The notes beneath the pieces are model-generated. The model was not told the origin of the DNA. It worked only from the letters and a program-made list of their open reading frames with translations, and did no database searches. Shown here one piece after another: positions 18,639 through 29,300 of a DNA stretch of 45,594 nt (its first letter is position 1; the number at the start of each line of letters is the position of its first letter). Source of the stretch: a virus; the IMG/VR virus record IMGVR_UViG_3300009550_000010, positions 76,906 through 122,499 of that record; one strand, written 5' to 3'. The translations under genes were made by a program, and so were the position numbers.

Positions 18639-20174
18639 TTAGAATTCTAAGACGATTTTAATATCTTCACGTTGATTGGTTGCCCTTGTTACTTCTGGTC
18701 TATTGTCTATGTAAACAATGTCTCCAGAATATTTTTTGATCTCAGGGTTGGCAAGACCATTTGTATAAGATTGACCAAAGTAATACTTCTTGTTACTTAC
18801 ATCGGTTGATACACCTGTGAATGACGTATCAATAGATAAGGTCTCTGTACCAGTTGTTGTTTCTACAACTATGTTGGTGTTACCACCTGTACCTGGTGAG
18901 GACGTGAATCTATTTAGACTGAAACCGTAACGGGGAACTGAGGATCCAGCTCCTATGGTAGCAAGCGATCTATCTTGCCAATACTGTAAGGTTTTTGTTA
19001 ATGGATCATATCCAACAATCTTACCAATAGCGGTAGAACCTGTACTAACAGTCTGTAAAATTTCTCCATCAGTTTTTACTGATATACTTGTAGTAGCAGC
19101 ACCTGTCAACCTCAGACCATATAGACCTGATGCAGAAGGTGTATCCAATATATTTGTACTATCAAATACTTGTGGATTTTTTACTATTCCAATACGAGCA
19201 AACTGGTTACCTGTTGGGAAATCTGGGTTTGTTATATCGCTATTTTCTATTCTTGAATAGATCAATACTTTGTTTGATCCTAATTCTCTGTATACATCAG
19301 CACCATGTCCACCTGCAGGTGGGATGATTACTGAGAATGATGCACCTGCACCAGTTACCACTGAGTCTACGTCTAAAGTTGCAAACGAATATCCACTTCC
19401 ACCATTAGTGACCTGAACAGAAGAAGCTTTACCATCAATAAAGGTGACAGAAGCAAGAGCACCTGTGCCATCACCTTTTATAGGAACATTATTTTTTGTG
19501 CCAGTTATTTGATATCCTGTACCACCATTTTCTATCACTACAGTCTCTATTTTACCATCAACAGCATTACCTCTTACATCTGACACATCGGTATTAGATG
19601 CCCAATCAGATGGGAGTGGTATAAAGTCAGCACTATCAAATTTTACGATGTCACTTGGTTTGATTGTATACAAATACTTCCAAACATATCCATCAGATTC
19701 TAATCTTGGTTCTAAATCAGTATGTATTGGTTCGTCCAGCGAAACGATACCATTACCACCATTTGAAGGACTAGCTCCATTTGATATACAAAGATATACT
19801 CTGAAATCTTTGTTCATCACATAATAATTAGAATTATATAAATTAGATGCACTTGTTTGTGGTGTCAATTTATTGATGCTATAGTCGTGTCTATACATCT
19901 CATAAATTGTACCTGATGACCAAGTAATTTTTGTAACTACTCTGAGTACATCAGATGAATTAATTTTTTTAGCAGATATTAGAGTATCATATATGTCATC
20001 ATGCTGATCGAAATTGTCAATCGGGGATGGAGTGCTTGTATTCCAATCCGAAGCTTTCTCTGTAGCATTTGGTAGACCAATAAAAACGTAAAAACTATTG
20101 CTGGCGTTTCCTATTCCGCTAACAAAGTTTGACGCATTCAAGACTCTTATCTGATCAGTAATGATCGCTGGCAT
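18639..20174 (-). CDS. gp8: Baseplate wedge subunit gp8
   Basis: YYVMNKDFRVYLCISN, DGYVWKYLYTI, KYSGDIVYIDNR...QREDIKIVLEF. Confidence 0.9.
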   Translation of the reverse strand: MPAIITDQIRVLNASNFVSGIGNASNSFYVFIGLPNATEKASDWNTSTPSPIDNFDQHDDIYDTLISAKKINSSDVLRVVTKITWSSGTIYEMYRHDYSINKLTPQTSASNLYNSNYYVMNKDFRVYLCISNGASPSNGGNGIVSLDEPIHTDLEPRLESDGYVWKYLYTIKPSDIVKFDSADFIPLPSDWASNTDVSDVRGNAVDGKIETVVIENGGTGYQITGTKNNVPIKGDGTGALASVTFIDGKASSVQVTNGGSGYSFATLDVDSVVTGAGASFSVIIPPAGGHGADVYRELGSNKVLIYSRIENSDITNPDFPTGNQFARIGIVKNPQVFDSTNILDTPSASGLYGLRLTGAATTSISVKTDGEILQTVSTGSTAIGKIVGYDPLTKTLQYWQDRSLATIGAGSSVPRYGFSLNRFTSSPGTGGNTNIVVETTTGTETLSIDTSFTGVSTDVSNKKYYFGQSYTNGLANPEIKKYSGDIVYIDNRPEVTRATNQREDIKIVLEF

Positions 20175-20197
20175 TATACTATTAGACTTTTGTTGTT

Positions 20198-20204
20198 TAT
20201 TTAG
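20198..20204 (-). promoter_or_regulatory. Late promoter box (CTAAATA)
   Basis: tatttag upstream of the gp8 start. Confidence 0.6.
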
Positions 20205-23200
20205 GTGTAATCAAGAAGTAATTTATTCGTTCTTTGGATTTCTGGAGCAGTTGAAAGTCCAGTCAGACCCTCAAGTGTATTCACTGTAAATGATGTGCCG
20301 ATTGTTCCTGTGGTAAATTTTGCCCAACTAAACTCTCCGTAGAACGCACCTACACCTGATGTAAGACCCGTAAAGTTCAGTTGATGATTAGTTTCAATAT
20401 TTGCAATTACTCGCATAGTTTCACCTATACCAGCAAGAGGTTGTACGTGACCCACTTGATAAACACCGTCTATAAATGAGTTACCCACACCAACTGTTGA
20501 TCCTCTTGTTTGTGATAATGCTGTGACACCACCACCAACTGCACCAACATTTGAACGACTGACGACAAAGTAATCACCTGTTCCTATTCCTGTTTTAGTG
20601 ATAGAACCAAATTGATTTTCTCTGAGTGGTGAATTTTTAGGTATGAAAAATTCAAATGTGATCGCCTGTGCAGATACACCAATACCTACAATCTTACCTT
20701 CATCACCAGAACAATTAACACCCTCAATATCTTTTATAGGCATGACAAAACCTGTTGTTCCAAAACCAGTATTATCTTGAGTGTCAATAATCCTTATATT
20801 GAATTCAGTATCATCAGGCTCCTCAGTTTTTCTAAATCCAAGACTACCACCATCAGTGTAGACTGATGTATGATTAGAGGCGATACTTCTTATGATTTTT
20901 GCTGCAGGGAATATTCTTCCAGCATACACAAGTCTTGATTTAGGTATGACCTCACCGTTGATCATAAGATCCTCTTGCTGCTTACTCCATACAATAGGGC
21001 GAACAGTAGATCCATTTGCTCCAGTAATTCCTTGACCTTTATAAACGTTTGTTTGTAAAGTATCTCTTGCTATTGTATCAGTTATAATTCTTTGATCCTG
21101 ACTCAAGAATGATGGGTTGGATGGTGTTTTTAGTATTTGTATACCATCACCTTTCTTTATACTTTCTGGTGCAGTCAGTAGTGATATATCTGCATCAGTT
21201 CCTCTGTAAAATAATACTTGTAGACTGGATCCTGATCTTGGTGCTTCTGTGAACTCTATCTGAGTTCCTCCATTGAAGGTATATGCCTCATTTGGTTTCT
21301 GTAATACATCATCAATGAATATTAGAAGAACTTGATCAAGGTCAATCAAACTTCCCGTATCGGATTCTATACTTATTGGTTCATTATCCTCAGTAAGAGT
21401 AAATACACGTCTCTGATCATTGAATTGATTTGAAAAATTATCTAAAACCTGCAACTTACCAAATACCCATCCAGCAAATTCATCATCTTGAGTTTCACTT
21501 ACAGTAAATGTGGCGTTTCTGAATGTACTTCCTATACCCACGTTGGTTGGTATACCTACAATCTGCAATTGCTCACCAGCAGTATATCCATAACCTGTGT
21601 TTATAAGATTACTACCTATAATACTAAGACCAACTCCTACTGACACAGAGACTGATGCACCAATACCTGTTCCTGAACTTACTAATTTGAGATCATCATA
21701 TGGAACTGGATCATCAAAATCAATCTTAGGTACATCTGTAAAGGTATATCCTACACCTGGTGTATTCATGAATATATTTTCTATATGACCTGCTCTTACT
21801 GTAAAAGTTCCAGCAGCACCTGTAGTAGGACTACCACCCCTTACATATACTTGATACGTTGAAGGTCCGTTAATATATCCTGTACCCGTAAATGCCATAG
21901 ACACTGTAACCGTGCCAAATCCTGACACCACTGCTGTTGCAATACCTGCTCTTTGGTCTTGATATCCATAACCTTGTGTGTTTCCGATTGATATTATTAT
22001 ACCTTTCCTTGGTAAGTTGTTAGCATTTACATCTGAGATACTATAAGATTCTGAAACAAAATCTTGATTAGCATTACCAGTAAACCTAACCGATGTTATA
22101 CCAGGAGCAGAACTACTTATAAAGTCATAATCTATGTCTGGTTTTTGGAATATATTATTTACGAGTATGGCACCAAAATCACTTGTGATACCAGTGGTGT
22201 TTGATCCGTCAGAAGTTATTGTAAATGTTTTACCAATACCAGTAAAGTTGGGAGAAATATCATCCAATATAAGGTTACCATCATAATCTGATCTGATGAA
22301 TGTTCTTCCTTGAAATCCTGATCCAACTGGTATATCAGATAAAATTAATTGATGTGTACCAATACCTGCATTGACTAAGGTTATACCAATACCTACAAGT
22401 GCCTCACCTTTTGTTTCTGCAAATCTGAATGTGTTAGGGGCATCTTGAATTATAAAAAAGTCATTATTTGCAAGTAGAGGAACTGGTGGGTTAAGTGATC
22501 TTATTTTTACCTTTGTTCCAGTTGGTAATATTTCTGACAGGGCAAAGAAAGAACTACCTGCAAAGTTTTCAGATGAAACTCCAACTGATTCTCTATTACC
22601 ACCAAAAGGCACATCAGCAAAAGTAATCTTATCGTTTATAATATTATAATCACCAAGTTTTAATTGTACTGCTGTATTTGCTGCATGGGATCCTTTCTTA
22701 GTTCCCATCCATTCACGATCAACTAATAGATTATTAGCATTTCCATTATATCCAACAACCTGTATTCTCATAATCTCCTCATCTATCTGAATCAGATCAT
22801 ATGCTTTCAAGAAAGAAGCATCACCTACAAGTATTTCTCTATTAACTGCTGTTACAATAGTGGTTGCAGCACCCACTCTTGTATAGAGGGGAGATTGTAT
22901 TACATTATCAAGAGCAATGATAGCCTTTGTTAGTTTTTTTGCAGCAGTAAATGAATGTGTTAGTCCAACACCAACTGTAGTGAGACCAATTACTGTTCCA
23001 GATTTTGCATTTGCTTTACTTGATGCTAATTGTATTTCAGTTTCACTTTTCTTTATTGCAAATACAGATAATGGCATTGTTGTAGCTGCTCCTACACCAC
23101 CACTTCCATGTTGTATACCTATCGCATCTCCACCAGTTGCATCATATGTTAATTCTTCTCCAGTAATATAAAAATGATTTGGTATAACAATCGTATCGGA

Positions 23201-23344
23201 TGAAACTATAACCACACTGGTACTAGACCCGTCAAATCTTTTCGTAAAAATTGAGTCACTCTTATGTGTCAGATTGAAAGTTTGTTGAAAACTTTCTGTC
23301 TCTGAGTTAAACGTTTTATTGATTGACGATAATGTAAATGACAT
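20201..23344 (-). CDS. Baseplate structural protein, resembling the C-terminal part of cyanophage gp7
   Basis: Lies between the gp7 N-part and gp8; shares IPNHFYITGEELTY-type repeats with 23353..31500. Confidence 0.7.
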   Translation of the reverse strand: MSFTLSSINKTFNSETESFQQTFNLTHKSDSIFTKRFDGSSTSVVIVSSDTIVIPNHFYITGEELTYDATGGDAIGIQHGSGGVGAATTMPLSVFAIKKSETEIQLASSKANAKSGTVIGLTTVGVGLTHSFTAAKKLTKAIIALDNVIQSPLYTRVGAATTIVTAVNREILVGDASFLKAYDLIQIDEEIMRIQVVGYNGNANNLLVDREWMGTKKGSHAANTAVQLKLGDYNIINDKITFADVPFGGNRESVGVSSENFAGSSFFALSEILPTGTKVKIRSLNPPVPLLANNDFFIIQDAPNTFRFAETKGEALVGIGITLVNAGIGTHQLILSDIPVGSGFQGRTFIRSDYDGNLILDDISPNFTGIGKTFTITSDGSNTTGITSDFGAILVNNIFQKPDIDYDFISSSAPGITSVRFTGNANQDFVSESYSISDVNANNLPRKGIIISIGNTQGYGYQDQRAGIATAVVSGFGTVTVSMAFTGTGYINGPSTYQVYVRGGSPTTGAAGTFTVRAGHIENIFMNTPGVGYTFTDVPKIDFDDPVPYDDLKLVSSGTGIGASVSVSVGVGLSIIGSNLINTGYGYTAGEQLQIVGIPTNVGIGSTFRNATFTVSETQDDEFAGWVFGKLQVLDNFSNQFNDQRRVFTLTEDNEPISIESDTGSLIDLDQVLLIFIDDVLQKPNEAYTFNGGTQIEFTEAPRSGSSLQVLFYRGTDADISLLTAPESIKKGDGIQILKTPSNPSFLSQDQRIITDTIARDTLQTNVYKGQGITGANGSTVRPIVWSKQQEDLMINGEVIPKSRLVYAGRIFPAAKIIRSIASNHTSVYTDGGSLGFRKTEEPDDTEFNIRIIDTQDNTGFGTTGFVMPIKDIEGVNCSGDEGKIVGIGVSAQAITFEFFIPKNSPLRENQFGSITKTGIGTGDYFVVSRSNVGAVGGGVTALSQTRGSTVGVGNSFIDGVYQVGHVQPLAGIGETMRVIANIETNHQLNFTGLTSGVGAFYGEFSWAKFTTGTIGTSFTVNTLEGLTGLSTAPEIQRTNKLLLDYT

Positions 23345-23349
23345 GAGGA

Positions 23350-23356
23350 TATTTAG
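23350..23356 (-). promoter_or_regulatory. Late promoter box (CTAAATA) overlapping the gp7 stop codon
   Basis: tatttag; only 5 nt separate it from the ATG at 23344. Confidence 0.5.
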
Positions 23357-26300
23357 ATGGTTATTGTTGTATCACTAGGGACGTTATCAGGTTTATCAAT
23401 TCTGATTTCAGATGTTCTCACAATATATGCTTTGTTCGCTAAAGGTAAAAATGTCATAATAACATTGCCACTACTTAGTATGATTTCAGTATTACGAACA
23501 TCACGTTTCTCATCAGCAGCATTTGATATATTATTGTATTTGTTAAAGTTGGCATTACCACCAAATGAGTTAGCAGATACTTTGAACACTGATCGTTTAT
23601 TATCAGTTGTGTTCTCTATCTCTACCGTATATCTCATTGATGTGTAATTACTGAATGATTTTGTAGAAACAATTGCTGCACTTGGAGATGCACTTGCACC
23701 AATAGTTGTTCTAGTTGCATTCAACTCACTATCACCAACTTCAAGGTTCATAATATTACTTGATACAGATGAAACAGTTGTAGCAATACCAACAAGTGTT
23801 GAAAGTGTTTGTATTGTTACACCTATACCTGAAACTGGTGTATATTTGAATTGAATTATACCACCTGATATATCAAGATCAAAATTGCCTTGTGTCACTC
23901 CTGTTCCAATATTAGTGTAATCAGTAAAGTCAATATCACCTGTACCGTCACATAAGAAACTGTACTCCTCGATTTCTTTTTGACCTGATCCATTGTGAAC
24001 TACAAGTATGTCGCCACTTTGGAATTTGGTAGAATCAACCTCAAAGAAAACCACAGTAGATGGTGATCCAGATGCAGCAAACGCTGATGATACACCAACC
24101 TTCTCTACATGTGCGAAAGCAGTTGTACCTGTACTTACACTATTTGGTATACCTTCTTTATGGAAGGTTACATCATAAGTGAATGATGCGTTGAAAGGTT
24201 TGAAAGATACTGATACACTGGTTCCAGATATTGTAGCAGTAAATTCACCTAAATCAAAAGCATCAGATAGATCTGCATACTGGTTTATATAAACCTTCGC
24301 AGTATCATGAGTTACTATAAATTCACAGTATTGTGTAGCATTGTAGGTAACCCCAAGTGATGAATCAAGAACTACCTGTGCATAATATTTTACAGCAGAG
24401 AAAGAAGCAATACTAAATGTATCAATTTCAACTTCTCTTATCTTGTCAGGATCACTATAGAACTGAGGACTGATATCATCTATCTCAAGAACTCTATTAG
24501 TCTTACATAATAATGAGTCACCGAATCTACTATGCCTGAATACTACCTCATCACTGATTGTTTCTGCAGCGTTTGGTAATTCATATCCAGTATCATGATC
24601 ATGTCTTTCATAAATTTTTGCTTTATTGTCAATCAATATAACTGAAGTACCTGCAGTTCCCACTGCTGTAATTTGAGAAGTTGTTCCAATTCCAGTTGGT
24701 GCAGATGATATAAGAAGATCTGAGTGTTTTTTGAATCCACCAATATGTGCTAAAGAATCAACAGGCTCACTCCAAGAACTTATACCAACAAAACTCTTGA
24801 GTGAATAAGCAAAGTTCTGATAATAGTCACTATCCTGAATTCTTTGATTAAACTGATTGAGTTTACCAGTATCTTTCTCCCAACCATATATTTTCTCTAC
24901 AGATACACCTGTATCAAAATCACCACCATAACTTTCAATACTCTCAATTGTTCCTCCACCATTAGATATCTTACCAACAATCTGATCACCAGTGTTAAAT
25001 CCTACTATGGAGTTAACTCTCAATACATTGGTTGTTTTACCATCACCAAGTATAACTCTCGCCTCATTACTACCATTATAAATTATCTCATTATTTACAA
25101 ATACACTCTCTTTCAAAGTAAGATCAAATTGTGCAATATCTTTCTTATTCGTTACAGTTCCATAATTTCCATAATCATGTGTGCCAGGTGGGGTATCCAC
25201 GTCATAAGTAATAATTGCTTGATTGACTTGACCAGGATTAGTTGTCACACCTGTTAGTGTGAAGTATTGATAATTATAGTCTACTGAATTATATCCAGTA
25301 CCAGTCGTTACACCAGTGTTCTCCACAAAAACTTGATCACCCACAGCGAAGGGGAAACTCATTGATCCAAATCCTAATGGGGAAGGTGTTTTGAGTCTAA
25401 GGGTAACTGTTGGTTCAGCATATGTTGCACTTATAATACCAACACCGTTTGTATTATCTACTGCAAGAAGTTTACCATCTCCAGCTGATAAGTTACCACC
25501 ATTCTTGATTATCTTGACATTACCAACACTATTACCAGTCAATGTTGCAACAAATTGTGCCTGTGGATTTACTGTATTTGTTTTTGAGTTGAATAGTACA
25601 AGGTTGGGAGTTGTTAGATAATTATTTCCAGTTGATGTAATTGCAACTGTATCAACTGCAAAATTATCCTTCAAGAACATTACTTGTGGCATCGCTGCCT
25701 GTGGTTTCAATGTTCTATCTGATGGATAGTCAAATCCAAAGTCAATAATATCAACCTTATCAATAGCACCTATATTTTGACCTACTGCTTTTAAGTCAAC
25801 TGATGATCCAGTGGTTGATGCAACGGATACTCTTGGATTATCTTTATAACCTACACCACCAGAAGTAAGGAGAATCCTACCAATAGGTCCTGTAACATTT
25901 TTAGAAGTTGTTGTATATCTAATGTCTGAAGTAGTAGTATAACCCACTCTCTCTGGTATTCTTGAGATATTGTATTTGAACGTATTTGATGTAACTGTGA
26001 TTATCCCAGTTCTTATATTAAATTTACTATCATTTACAGTAATTTTTCCATAATCAATAATTTGATCATCTATTTCAATAATCTTACTATTATCTTTACT
26101 TGAGAAGTTATAATACAATACATTAGGAACTTCCTTTGTAAATCTAACAGTCTTTGTAGCAAGAGCATCGCCAGGTACACCTGAATTTGTAATTTCAATT
26201 GCAGACTTACCAGATCCCACAAATTCTTTTTTGAAGTTCTGATCCTCATAGAAATCTAAGTTGACATCAGCAAGTGTTGATGAAGACAAATCAAAAGTTA

Positions 26301-29300
26301 ATATATCACCAGTGGTTACACTGATAGGAGGATTAATGGATGAACCTACACTTACAAATCTTGTATTATCACTGTAAGTTGCAACTACAGTGCTAGTGGC
26401 AGCTGATACAACCGTTAGATCAATAGTATCTTTTGCTTCTAATGTGTGTGGTGCAAGAGTATGTACAGTGACCTCATTGATTCGTAAATCACCATTCACA
26501 TTGCTTCTTTGTGATACAAATGAGTGAGTGTTGCCAATTCCTAAAATCCCATCAAACATGACTTGTTGTAGGTCTGAACTAATACCTGCTAGAGTTGTTA
26601 CTATACCAACTTTATTAGCGTCAATAACTTTGATGAATACATCTGGTGGTAATGGACGCTTGAATCCACCAGCCACACGCTTCATTGCATCTGTTTGATA
26701 TGTAAGTGAAGTACCAGCACCTGGTGAATAAGTTACTTTTTCACCATCTCTAAATGGGTGCCTTGGTAAGAAGATTGTTCTATTTGGTATGAACTGATCG
26801 CCAAAATCAAGTGTAGATACAGTTGATCCAATACCTACACCAAAAGTGAGACCAACTCCAACATCACCATCACCTCTGAAATATTGTGCCACCTCACCTT
26901 CTACAAGGGTATTATTTTTTGGTGTAAATTTGAATTCTTTTTCTAATCGTACAACCGAGCATCCATACGTGTGTGCTGCTGCAACTGTTCCATTTTGAGC
27001 ACGAATTAGATCAAGTTCATTATGAAGAGTATCAATACCAAAGATAAGAAACTCTTCTGCCTCTATTTTTATAATATCATTGATACCAAATTTATTGACA
27101 GACTCTTGCATTCTTACACTTGTTGTAAGACCCACACTCAACATTGCAGTTCCTAAACCAGAACTTACCTCTCTTACTTGGATCTTATGATTTCCATCAA
27201 ATGTATTTGAAGCACTATGTATTATAACATTTGTAGAATTTGATAAACCATGAGCACCAGTAAATATACCAGTTGCATTTTTACCATCAGAAATAAATTT
27301 TATATTACTATAATCAATGATTTCTGATGAAATAGAAGATATGCCTGGTCCAATAACTTCAGCAATCTCACCAAGGGCACCAAATCCTCTTGTGTCTGTA
27401 TTATCAAATACGAGTTTATCTCCTACATTGAAATTTTCACCATCTCTTACAATAGTAATAGAGTCAATAGAACCCGTTTGAACAGATACTATTTTACTTG
27501 TTTCTTTTGTATTCTTATTAGAGTTTGATATAAACTCATAATTTTTTGTTTTATGTGGTGTGGTATTTCTTACTAATCCAAGTGCAACAGGATCAAGGTC
27601 TTGATTTGATGTAAGTGCATTATTGAATGTATCGTATTTTGAATTATATGTGTCACCAATTACATATGGGAATTGAGGTTCTCTGACACTGAAAAAAGGA
27701 CTATTAGTGTTTCCATTAATTCCAGTCTCGACTGTTGTGTAATATGCATAGATTCCATTTGGATAATCAGGAGTAATTGCAAATCTGCCATTATGCTCGT
27801 CAAGATCGCCCAATCCCTCAACATATACGTAATCCTCTATGAAAAATCCTGATGGGTATTGTAAAGTTGGAGGTCCGTCAACCCTAGTCAGTGGTTTATA
27901 ACTTGATTGTATGTATGTAAGACCACCTGTACCATCTGCATTTTTGAAACAATGAGGACCGTAAATCGGGTGACCATCATACGCATATCCTAAAATAGGT
28001 GAGTGTTCTACCCCTTTATCATTAAAGAAATCTCTCAGATTACGTGGAACAAAATAGTTTACATATGGATTACCAACAGAAGTAGCAGTTTCATAGAAAC
28101 CATCATCCTGTGACATATCGCCACTCTTTGCATATCTTGCTACTTGATTTACAGTCCAGTTATCAATGTTAGCAGAATAAATCGCACCAGAACCAGGTGT
28201 CTTTGCTGAGACAGTCGTTTTAGGTTGTGTATATCCAGCACCTTTATCAATCATCTCAATTGAGACTATCTGACCACCTGATACAATTGCCTTTGCTTTT
28301 GCTCCTATTCCATCACCAGCAATAGTGATGTCTGGTGTACTAAAGAAATTTTCTCCACCATACTTGATTATAATTTGATCAACATGACCATTTACAATGA
28401 ATGGTTGTAGGAAGGCATTTTTACCTTCTTGGGTATCAATACTTGGTTTGAAGTTATCGTTTACAACCGTAGAACCGTACTCAGAACCATCTCTAGAGAC
28501 ATGAACTGAATCAATGTTTCCTCTAATAACGGGGGTAGCGGTTGCGTTTGCTGTAGTAATACCTTGTCTTCCGTTGACTCGAACTTCAATAGGAGGATCC
28601 TGAAAAGTTTGTTCTCCGCTACCTGTAGATGTAAGATTGACATAATCTAATAAACTCGTTGAAATCGATACTCTAAAAGAGTTGTCTGATGTTTTTATGA
28701 TATAGTATTGTGCTTGATTTGTCAATCCACCAATAGCACCTGCACCCTGTGAATATTTTACAATCTCACCAGAAGAAAATCCATGATTGTTTATATTAAT
28801 AGTATCTGTAAATGTATTGATACCAGTAATAGTAGTTACAAGTCTATTATTAAATGTCGCATTCTTCTCAATAAGAATTTTATCGACTTTTTTTCTTGGA
28901 ATAAAAGTAGAAAACTTATGTGTACCTCCACCACTACCAGATATAGGAATAACTCCAGTACCTGCTAATGCGTCTGTATCATTATCTGCTAACTGTATTT
29001 CATGCTCATTTACAAGTATTGTGAAGTACGATGCGTTATCTATAAGTTTGCCTGGTGTAGTTCCAATACCAATAGCGTCTGTATTGTTAGTATTATAAAT
29101 TATCTGCTCACCAGATTTCAATCCATGAGGTGTCTTGAATGAGAACTTGTTAAGTGAAGTATTGACCACACCACCAGTTGTAGTAGAGTCAAATGAAACT
29201 ACTTGTGGTGTAAGAACCATTTTTGGTTTTAGTATAGCACCATCACTATTACCACCAGTAATGGTAACATTAGGATCTTCTTGGTAATCAACACCACTTG

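Noticed and set aside
23345-23355. Stop-codon read-through joining the two gp7-like ORFs
   Set aside because: The ORFs are out of frame, no slippery sequence is evident, and a late promoter box explains independent expression
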